From NCBI GenBank assembly GCA_044377725.1, contig JBILYM010000001.1:1-58539 (forward strand): a stretch of DNA of 58,539 nt. Direction: 5' to 3'. Source of the stretch: Phycisphaerales bacterium (lineage in GTDB: Bacteria; Planctomycetota; Phycisphaerae; Phycisphaerales; SM1A02). A model generated the notes under the pieces. The model was not told the DNA's origin. It did not search any database and worked only from the letters and a program-made list of their open reading frames with translations. Of this stretch, positions 29,068 to 36,640 are shown piece after piece; the stretch's first letter is position 1, and each line of letters starts with the position of its first letter. The translations under genes were made by a program, and so were the position numbers.

Positions 29068-29958
29068 ATGAAGGGCATGCATAAGTTGAGAACCGCGGGA
29101 ATCAAGTTTATCGCGCCCTTGCTATCGCTCTGCCTATATGGGTGCAGTTCGGGTGAGGGTCAGAAGCGCAATTGGGAGCTTATCGACAAGAGATCTGAGT
29201 GGAAGTCGTGCGCCCTCTCGATTGATCTGAAGAGCGGAAAGCTAGCAGACGGCACCACGACGGAGTACTGGCGTACCAAAGGGGGATGCCTTGAGTTCAA
29301 GTTAGAACTCGGCGTATATGACAGTGTGGATCGTTGGTTTGTCTACTCATGTACTGAGTTGAAGTCGGGCAAATTGTTCGGCTCATCCACAGAGCGAATG
29401 GTGGTGACAGATCCTCCGGGGCGCCCTTACATTGGTGCGTCAACAAAGGCGAACGCAGATGAGATCGTCGGTATCACGCGAGAGAAGGCGGGACCTTCAA
29501 CTGTTCCGCTGTCACTCACGGACTACCCGATACTCTACGAGTGGCAGGTGCAGGTCTTCGAGGGTCCTTCGGTAGCGCGAACCTGGTTGAAGCGTGATGA
29601 TGCTCGCGTGGTGCTCTCTGGTGGCCAAGTCATTTCCTCGGAAACATTGAAGATCCAGAAGTTGAATCTGTGCGAGAAGGAGATGACGGCAATGCTCCTC
29701 CGACCCGCTGACAAATTCCACGTTATCTTTCGGGTGTCTCCTCAGAACTGGACCGACTCGACAAGAGCCACCACGGAGCCCTTGATCTATCGAACGCGCG
29801 TGATTATCACGCGGGAGGTTCTTGAACGAGAGTTGGCTAATCAGGTCAAGGGACCTGCTGATGGCGGTTCCCCAGAGTCTCCATCGACCCCGGCCAAAAA
29901 AAACGCCGGTCGCCGATGGCAAGACAAACCCTGGGGCGGCGACCCCCTAAGGCTATGA
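29068..29958 (+). CDS. Locus gene J: lipoprotein, function unknown
   Basis: Signal and lipobox IAPLLSLCLYGCSSG. RBS GGAGG lies upstream. No recognisable family. Confidence 0.6.
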   Translation: MKGMHKLRTAGIKFIAPLLSLCLYGCSSGEGQKRNWELIDKRSEWKSCALSIDLKSGKLADGTTTEYWRTKGGCLEFKLELGVYDSVDRWFVYSCTELKSGKLFGSSTERMVVTDPPGRPYIGASTKANADEIVGITREKAGPSTVPLSLTDYPILYEWQVQVFEGPSVARTWLKRDDARVVLSGGQVISSETLKIQKLNLCEKEMTAMLLRPADKFHVIFRVSPQNWTDSTRATTEPLIYRTRVIITREVLERELANQVKGPADGGSPESPSTPAKKNAGRRWQDKPWGGDPLRL

Positions 29959-31031
29959 CCTCCCCGACCCAGCGAGCAGTGTTTGGTCGCTTGAGCGGCG
30001 AGCAGGCATGGTTGAGTGGGTCTTCGCCCGTATTCGTGGGGCGGAACCGGGATCGGGATTGGCTGGAGCAACTGTTCCCGATACTCAAGTCACGAAGTGT
30101 CCAAGACATGTCGGATTGGGAAGGGCGACAGGGGGCGACATTTATCCGTCGCATTGAAGGACACTGGCTTGTTGTTCATTCCCACATGCCGCGTGATGCG
30201 CGCGGTGTTCCCCTATGGATCGCACTTGCGATTGATGAGAAGTCGATCACCAGCAGTCTGGTATTGAACTCTGCAATTGAAGCAGTGCGTGCAGCCCGTA
30301 TTGATCCTGCTGGCTGGCTCGCCGAGTCTCGGGAATTGCTGATCGCCCCGTGGGACGCCCAGCAGATGCCTGGTCCCCTGTCGGCCTTACTAGCAAGAGT
30401 TCGAGAATCGCCAGCGAGTGGTCAGGTTGAATTGCCCGCATCCTTTCTCTCTAGTCAAGGCGTGGCGGCGCTCCAGGTAATGTTGGCGTCGACCGCTGGT
30501 GCTGGCGACACGGAGTTTGCCGCAATCATTGCGTACGAGACGGATTGGGAAGTTCCACCAGAGTGTGAATGGCCTTCACATTGTCTTCTGTTTCGGGAAG
30601 GCCTCGAGCAACTGCACCCATCTCCGGCAGAATTTGTCCGAGGCATCCCGGCGGGGCGCATGATGTCCGGCATGGCGAAAACGATTGATGCGCTGTCGGT
30701 GGTGTGTCGTGGTGCCCCCTCGGTTTCTGACTGGTCCCTCTCCGCCGCATTGCATCCGGTGACTCCACTCCATTTGGTCTCACACGGGCAACTAGAGGCG
30801 TCGGAATGTGCGAAGTGGGCCGAAGCCATATGCCTGGAGTCTGGTAGTGCTATGCCAGCGCGGATAAAGTCACTTGTTCAAGCAGCCCTTGGTGGTGATC
30901 GGACCGCCATTCGACCGTTAGTTCACTTGATTGCCACAAGCCCAGCGGCATCGTTGAACAGTGATCCGAGACAAATTCAGGCATGGATAGCGCCTTTATG
31001 CCAGCTCCGACCGCGAACAGCAGTAGACTGA
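29955..31031 (+). CDS. Locus gene K: soluble hypothetical protein
   Basis: The ATG at 29955 forms an ATGA overlap with the stop of J; the ORF-track start at 29916 is an upstream extension. No motifs recognised with confidence. Confidence 0.55.
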   Translation: MTSPTQRAVFGRLSGEQAWLSGSSPVFVGRNRDRDWLEQLFPILKSRSVQDMSDWEGRQGATFIRRIEGHWLVVHSHMPRDARGVPLWIALAIDEKSITSSLVLNSAIEAVRAARIDPAGWLAESRELLIAPWDAQQMPGPLSALLARVRESPASGQVELPASFLSSQGVAALQVMLASTAGAGDTEFAAIIAYETDWEVPPECEWPSHCLLFREGLEQLHPSPAEFVRGIPAGRMMSGMAKTIDALSVVCRGAPSVSDWSLSAALHPVTPLHLVSHGQLEASECAKWAEAICLESGSAMPARIKSLVQAALGGDRTAIRPLVHLIATSPAASLNSDPRQIQAWIAPLCQLRPRTAVD

Positions 31032-31116
31032 GTTTCGATAGAGTTGCTGTCTGCTGTTCTTGACATTCTCAAAGCGGCATCCGGTTTTGCCCTTGCATTG
31101 GCCGGGAAGGAACTTC

Positions 31117-32202
31117 ATGAAAGAGCCACGAAATCTGACTTCTACGGCGTGGTGCAAGGCGGCCTGTGTGGTTGCCCTTGCAGCGTCGGCACTCACACCG
31201 ATTGCGTTTTCTCAAGCGACAAAGAAGCCGCCCGCCGTTGCTACGGTAGTTCCACCAGCCTTTGACACACTTAAAATCATCCCGGTGGACGGGTGTCCAT
31301 GCGGTAGTTATAAGCCGAATGATGTTGCGGAGAAGCGCTATCAGGAGTCACGTCAACTTACGGCGGCGGGCAAATTTGAAGAAGCACTAAAGGCTGCCAA
31401 TGATGCCTTAGGCTTCGACAAAGGTCCTATTTATCGCAATCAACAAGCCGTTGCACTTTTCAACCTAGGTGTTGCGCGGGCAGGCATTGCGGGTGACAAG
31501 AAGCGCATTGACGAGGCACTACGGGTTTGGCAACAGATGTCTCGCGGTAAGAGTGTCGCCTGCGAGATGACCTTCTACGCCAATGCACTCTGTCGGCTGC
31601 AGCGATGGGATGAAGCTCTGAAAATTGCAGATCGAGCCATTGCCGATTGCAATGTGAGTGCTGACGCCAAGGTCGCAAAGTCCATCGCCCTGCAGTATCT
31701 CGGTCAGGCGCCGGATGCCCTCCGCTTTGCGGACCAGGCAATGAAACTGGATCCCAAGTCGGTGGCTGCGCTCTACCAGTATGCATCGTGTTGTTACGAC
31801 CTTGCGAAGTACGAGGATGCCCTGCGTGCGGTCGCGCTCGCGATTGGACTTGATCCTGCCGATGGCCAAAGTCGAACGCTGCTTGCCATGGTCCATCTTG
31901 CACTGAAGCATCCCGCCGAAGCTCAGGCAAACGCAATTCAGGCCGTTGGGATGACCTCCGACCCCGCATTCCTCATGGCGGCGGGGGGAGTGCTTTCGGA
32001 ACTTGGTCAGTATCAGCAGGCGGCAGCCGCATACGACAAAGCACTGCAGGCTGGATTTGATCCAGCCGCCATGTATGCGCGTGCAGTGGCTCTGCATGCC
32101 GCCGGCAACCGAGCGGAGGCAGTCAAGGTGCTCCATGATTTGGAAACTCAGTCAGCCGGTTATCTCAATGTTCAGGAGTGGCTCAAAGCGCTTGGTGGCT
32201 AA
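31117..32202 (+). CDS. Locus gene L: exported tetratricopeptide-repeat (TPR) protein
   Basis: GGAAGGA RBS lies before the ATG at 31117. The signal peptide is AACVVALAASALTPIAFSQA. Multiple 34-aa A/L/Y/G-patterned repeats are present (for example AEKRYQESRQLTAAGKFEEALKAANDALGFD and ALKIADRAIADCNVSADAKVAKSIALQYLGQAPDALRFADQAMKLDP). Confidence 0.75.
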   Translation: MKEPRNLTSTAWCKAACVVALAASALTPIAFSQATKKPPAVATVVPPAFDTLKIIPVDGCPCGSYKPNDVAEKRYQESRQLTAAGKFEEALKAANDALGFDKGPIYRNQQAVALFNLGVARAGIAGDKKRIDEALRVWQQMSRGKSVACEMTFYANALCRLQRWDEALKIADRAIADCNVSADAKVAKSIALQYLGQAPDALRFADQAMKLDPKSVAALYQYASCCYDLAKYEDALRAVALAIGLDPADGQSRTLLAMVHLALKHPAEAQANAIQAVGMTSDPAFLMAAGGVLSELGQYQQAAAAYDKALQAGFDPAAMYARAVALHAAGNRAEAVKVLHDLETQSAGYLNVQEWLKALGG

Positions 32203-32270
32203 ACTTCTATTTACGCACTACTCCGTAGCAGTAGAATTTAAGGTCGGGGCCTTTCGCTCCGCTGTATCGA

Positions 32271-33353
32271 ATGCCTGACGACGATTTTGACATCGATCTT
32301 TCTCCAGAGGTGCCACCGCCGTTCGACTGGAGCGCGGTACAGAGTCCACAGCTGGATCTGGGGGCTATAGCTCCTCCTCCTCCTCCGCATGGCGCTCCGG
32401 GCACTCATGGGGCGCAAAGTCAAGTCCCTCCCGCGCCGTTCGTGCGAGACCGTATTGTCGTGCTTGGTCGGCGAAAGGCTGGCAAGTCGGTGTACTTGGC
32501 ACGCCTATACGAGCGTCTGTGGAACTCAAAGGGTGAGCTGCACATGGCGGCGGTCGATGGGCGAACACATACGTCCTTGCTGCTTCAGATCGATGCGATG
32601 ATGAAAAAGCTATGGCCAGCGGCGACGGAAGCCATGGCGCATTTCAAGGTGGACATTACCTATCGACAAGATCGGTATTTGATGATTGCCCCCGATTATC
32701 CAGGTGAAATCTTCAAGCGTGCATTTATGGAGGATTCGGACGAGCCGCTTGTTAAGGATCTCTTGGAAACGTGTGATCGCGCCGCAGCTGTCATCGTCTT
32801 AGTGGATCCGGAGGTCAATATCACCGGGAATTTGATGGAGCAGACTGAGCAGGATTATGGTTTGGTAGCAGCGATCAAACGGATTCGTGAGTCGCCTGGC
32901 GCCGAATTCGTCCCTATCGCGATCACGTTGACGAAGTGTGATGTCTTCCGAGCAGAAATCGAGGAGGCAGGAGGGCCAGCGAAGTTCGTCAAGGAGAATT
33001 ATCCCAATCTCTGTCGTGTGGCGTTTCCGGCGGGGCGTAGCGGAATGGTCTTCGCGTGTGCGGCTGTTCACGTGAAGCGCGACGGTATGGAAAAAGAGAT
33101 TCCGGATATGTCCAAGCCGCCCAAGGGTTTGATCGAGCCCATTGAATTCTGCTTGCGTGCAATGCGCGCCAATCGGCGAGAGTCACAGCAGCGTCAAGCG
33201 GAGAATGCGCAACGAGTATCGGTAGAGGCCGCTCGTGTTGCAGAACAAGAACTTGAGCGGAAGGATCGATTTGTCTCAACCGCAACTTTATTGGGATCGA
33301 TATTTGTGGCGATCGTTGTGGTGGTAATCCTTGTCGTCATGTTGATGAAGTAG
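32271..33353 (+). CDS. Locus gene M: tail-anchored TRAFAC-type GTPase
   Basis: G1 GRRKAGKS (32466-32489), G3 MIAPDYPGE and G4 ITLTKCDV. The C-terminal TM helix is TLLGSIFVAIVVVVILVVMLMK. The N-terminus is Pro-rich. Confidence 0.75.
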   Translation: MPDDDFDIDLSPEVPPPFDWSAVQSPQLDLGAIAPPPPPHGAPGTHGAQSQVPPAPFVRDRIVVLGRRKAGKSVYLARLYERLWNSKGELHMAAVDGRTHTSLLLQIDAMMKKLWPAATEAMAHFKVDITYRQDRYLMIAPDYPGEIFKRAFMEDSDEPLVKDLLETCDRAAAVIVLVDPEVNITGNLMEQTEQDYGLVAAIKRIRESPGAEFVPIAITLTKCDVFRAEIEEAGGPAKFVKENYPNLCRVAFPAGRSGMVFACAAVHVKRDGMEKEIPDMSKPPKGLIEPIEFCLRAMRANRRESQQRQAENAQRVSVEAARVAEQELERKDRFVSTATLLGSIFVAIVVVVILVVMLMK

Positions 33354-33371
33354 TTCTATGGATCGCAACTC

Positions 33372-35618
33372 ATGAACATTTCTGCCGATTCACACCTGTT
33401 CGGATCACGCAAGGGCTACGAATGCCTGGCGAAGTCGGCTGGCGTCACGTCCGGTGAGGACCGCCAACTTTCTGAATTCGGATTCGGTCAAAGTACAGAT
33501 GAACATTTTTTGTATGGACTAGCCACTCAGCCCACTGCATTTGGCCGCCCATTGAGTAGCGGTCGAGTGGCGATTACGCGCGTGATGGTTGGCCCTCTTG
33601 ATGATGGCGGTCGCCCCACTCTTGAGCGACGCACGATGATCGTCTCGGCCGCAGACTATTTGGCGATTCGACACGATTTGAAAGCGTTGATCAAAGACAA
33701 TGTTTGGGGTTCGTCGGCGTTCGCCGGTGGATTGCCAATACGGGTTCCAACCGCGGGAATGAGCCGCCGAAGTGCAGCGGACGCGTTGGCGTGGCGCATC
33801 TTTGACGCATGGGTCATCGGCATTGAATCCCGTCCGCCGAGGGGGGTTGTCATCGCTCCTGCAGCTGCTGGTGGCGACCAGGCACGAGCGGCAGACGCAG
33901 TCTTGACATTGGCTAGTCAATTGGCTGACGAAGACGCCGTGAAATTCAAGTGGGGCATCCGGCTTCTATCTCCCATCGAATGGTCCGATGTTCTGACGCT
34001 CTCGTCTGCTGGCGTGATGGATGGCCGACGCCCAGTGCACGGAATTGGCGCTGCCTGCGTCAAGCCAGAAGTCCAACGCGCCCAAGCTGCGAGTCCTGGG
34101 ATGCTGCCGACGGTGACATCGCTGCAGCGTGCAGCGATTCAGGAGGCGGTAGAGTTGGTTGACGACGGCATGTGGGATGGCGTTGGCGGTGGGGGCATCA
34201 TTCCGCCGCAGGGACTTTCTATGAAGAGGAAGCAACCCAAGCGAGCATTGATCATCGCGGCGATCGTCCTTCCGATCATTGGTCTGACCGCGCTTGGGAC
34301 TGTGAGTTGGTTGATTTGGAGGAAGCCTGGGGGAAGTGCGCCTGCGCCGGCGACCACTGATACGGTGATGCGCGAGCCCGCTCCTGCATCTGGTTCGGAT
34401 CCTGCTGCCCCCGCCAATCCAGCCGCTCCTGCATCGGGTTCGGATCCTGCTGCCCCCGTTACTCCAGCCGCTCCTGCATCGAATTCGGAACCTGCTGCCC
34501 CCGCCAATCCAGCCGCTCCTGCATCTGGTGCGAATCCTGCTGTCCCCGTTACTCCAGCCGCTCCTGCATCTGGTTCGGATCCTGCTGCCCCCGTTACTCC
34601 AGCCGCTCCTGCATCTGGTTCGGACCCTACTACCCCCGTTACTCCAGCCGCTCCTGCTGAGCCGAACGCCCCTAAATCGCCACTCGATCTGGGCGCATCG
34701 GAGGGCCTAATCAATACTTTGACGGATGACATCACGGTGAATGAGATCATGAAGTTTCCGGAGTACGAGATTTGCCAGAAAGAAGTGGATGCACTCAAAG
34801 AACTCGTCGGACTATCGGGATTGACGAAGGGCGGCAAGCTAATGTTTGATTTAGCAGGGATGGCTAAGAAGGCTGAGAAGGCAGATCGTGACCGGCAAGT
34901 ATTTAAGAATCCGCACGAGAGTTTGGCCGAAAAGGAATTTCGCGACAAGATGGACGCACTAAAGGGCTGGAACCACACGCAGTTATCGCAAGCGCAAAAA
35001 CGCGTGTTGAACTTTCAGCGCGCGAAGATTCAGGACCTTCGCGTATCTCCCCATTCGTTTGCCCAAACTAAAATGATAGACATGGAGAGCTTGAGCAAGT
35101 CAATTAAAGATTCGCTGAAGAAACCATCCGATCTTTCATCACAAGAGCGGAGCGACACAATGCTAACCATCATGCATTTTTGTTTGCGGCTATCGATTTC
35201 GCAGCGGTTTGACAGCAAACAGAGCAAAGCGGCATCAGCACAGTCCGCTACTTTGAGTGAGGTAAAGCGAGTTCTAGATGAAGTTGTGGCAGTTTTTCCA
35301 AGCGATGACGGGGCCGCTAGGGAGGCGCTGAACTTTATCCGGCCATTACTTCCGTCTTCCCTTACTAGTAACGAGGGGTTGATTGGACAGGGGATTTATT
35401 GGGAAAAGTACTCGATGACCAAGTCAGACACCAAGAGATTCCTGCGCAGTTCGTATTGGCAAACTCTTGAACTCAAAGGCGATGACATCTCCTGCAACGA
35501 TTTGTTCGAGGCATTGATTGATGCCGTATGTCCACCGGACCTCCGGGTGGGCCAAGTGGCAATTACTTTGAATGTCTTCCGAACTGCGATGGGCTACCCC
35601 ACGGCGAAGGCAAACTAG
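33372..35618 (+). CDS. Locus gene N: GAP1-N-like domain - TM helix - 6x15-aa Pro/Ala repeat - ~300-aa C-terminal domain (CTD-X) shared with gene O
   Basis: The N-terminus has GSRKGYECLAKSAGVTSGE and LDDGGRPTLERRTMIV, similar to gene Q. The TM helix is ALIIAAIVLPIIGLTALGTVSWLIW. The tandem repeat lies at 34380-34649. The C-terminal region from KFPEYEICQKEVDALK onward is closely similar (well over half of residues identical by eye) to the C-terminus of gene O. Confidence 0.7.
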   Translation: MNISADSHLFGSRKGYECLAKSAGVTSGEDRQLSEFGFGQSTDEHFLYGLATQPTAFGRPLSSGRVAITRVMVGPLDDGGRPTLERRTMIVSAADYLAIRHDLKALIKDNVWGSSAFAGGLPIRVPTAGMSRRSAADALAWRIFDAWVIGIESRPPRGVVIAPAAAGGDQARAADAVLTLASQLADEDAVKFKWGIRLLSPIEWSDVLTLSSAGVMDGRRPVHGIGAACVKPEVQRAQAASPGMLPTVTSLQRAAIQEAVELVDDGMWDGVGGGGIIPPQGLSMKRKQPKRALIIAAIVLPIIGLTALGTVSWLIWRKPGGSAPAPATTDTVMREPAPASGSDPAAPANPAAPASGSDPAAPVTPAAPASNSEPAAPANPAAPASGANPAVPVTPAAPASGSDPAAPVTPAAPASGSDPTTPVTPAAPAEPNAPKSPLDLGASEGLINTLTDDITVNEIMKFPEYEICQKEVDALKELVGLSGLTKGGKLMFDLAGMAKKAEKADRDRQVFKNPHESLAEKEFRDKMDALKGWNHTQLSQAQKRVLNFQRAKIQDLRVSPHSFAQTKMIDMESLSKSIKDSLKKPSDLSSQERSDTMLTIMHFCLRLSISQRFDSKQSKAASAQSATLSEVKRVLDEVVAVFPSDDGAAREALNFIRPLLPSSLTSNEGLIGQGIYWEKYSMTKSDTKRFLRSSYWQTLELKGDDISCNDLFEALIDAVCPPDLRVGQVAITLNVFRTAMGYPTAKAN
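34380..34649 (+). repeat. 45-nt x 6 in-frame tandem repeat (APASGSDPAAP[AV][NT]PA), plus a partial seventh unit
   Basis: Units start at 34380, 34425, 34470, 34515, 34560 and 34605, each beginning gctcctgcatc. A few substitutions per unit alternate between ccgccaatcc and ccgttactcc variants. Confidence 0.9.
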
Positions 35619-36640
35619 ATCGATGCTGATTTGCCGAGTACCGCAGTAATGCATAGGAGCGACTCCGCGGCAGCGGGGGTCGCGCGGTTCCTGCAGAGCG
35701 GAGGGCTACGCCGATGTCGCTATCCAGCGCTGCGTTAGCGCCACCCCATCGATTGTCGGAAGTCTGCCAACATTTGCTTCAGGCTGTCACCCTGTGAGGC
35801 TGTTGGGCAAACAGCACAAATCAATCCTTCGAACAAATCGTTGCAGGAGATGTCATCGCCTTTGAGTCCAAGAGTTGGCCAATACGAACTGCGCAAGAAT
35901 TTCTGGGTGTCTGGTTGCCTCATCGAGTACTTACTCCAATACACACCCTGTCCCGCCAACCCGCCGTTACTACTTGGGGTAGACGGAAGTAATCGTTGGA
36001 TAACGTTCAGTACATTCTGAGCAGCCCCGACATCATCGCTCGGTCCGGCCGCTACAACTGCTGCCAAAACTCGCTTTATGTCACTCAAATCAGCGGACTG
36101 TGCTACCGCAGCTTTGCTCTGTTCGATGTCAAATCGTTGCGAAACTGATAGCCGCAAACAAAAGTGCATGATGGACCGCATCGTGTCGATCCGCTCTTGT
36201 GATGTCAGATCGGATGCTTTCTTCAGCGAATCTATAATTGACTTGCTCATGCGATCCATGTCTAGCATTTGAGTTTGGGCGAATGGTCGCGGAAGTTCGG
36301 GATAGGTGAACAGCGCCCGGCTCTGGAACTTCAACACACGATCTTGAGCTCGCGATAGTTGCGAGGGACTCCAGAGCTGTAGAGCGTCCATCTTGGCGCG
36401 AAACTCGGCGGCGGCATGGCTGCGCACGGTATTCGGGCTGTCTGGCCACTTTTCTCGAGTATCAAGTTCGCGTTTAGCGTTGATAGCCATGTTTGGTAAA
36501 TCAAACGCCAACGTTCGCTTACCGTTTTTCGCCACTCCCAGTAGTCCGACGAGAGACTTCAGTGCGTCCACTTCTTTCTGGCAAGCCACGTACTCTGGAA
36601 ATTTTAGTACATCCGATTTTCCGATGTCATCACTCAATTT
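34720..36640. repeat. Imperfect ~0.9-kb inverted duplication formed by the 3' ends of convergent genes N and O
   Basis: The protein C-termini are paralogous. At DNA level there is a 39-nt perfect reverse-complement match (35471-35509 vs 35829-35867), and several other stretches differ by only a few substitutions by eye (for example 35171-35235 vs 36105-36170). The antisense ORFs 35030-35227(-) and 36078-36272(+) translate to near-identical peptides. Confidence 0.85.
35659..35683. terminator. GC-rich hairpin in the 116-bp convergent spacer (possible bidirectional terminator)
   Basis: gcgactccgc-ggca-gcgggggtcgc forms about a 10-bp stem with one bulge and one G-U pair. There is no clear U-tract on either strand, so this is weak as an intrinsic terminator. 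Confidence 0.3.

Noticed and set aside
29955-31031. Gene K as a third GAP1-N-like protein (it follows GTPase I and lipoprotein J)
   Set aside because: Only a vague resemblance (RDARGVPLWIALAI versus the DxxGRxxxxxxHxLV element) is present, and the N-terminal TSxxxG...S.G element is missing. This is too weak to claim.
34380-34649. Regular 45-nt repeats that could superficially suggest a CRISPR array
   Set aside because: The units are contiguous with no unique spacers, lie in frame inside a long ORF and encode a Pro/Ala-rich peptide repeat. No cas genes are present anywhere in the window.
34139-34978. 279-aa minus-strand ORF
   Set aside because: It is antisense to gene N across its tandem repeat. 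The Gly/Ala-rich translation is the mirror image of the Pro/Ala repeat.
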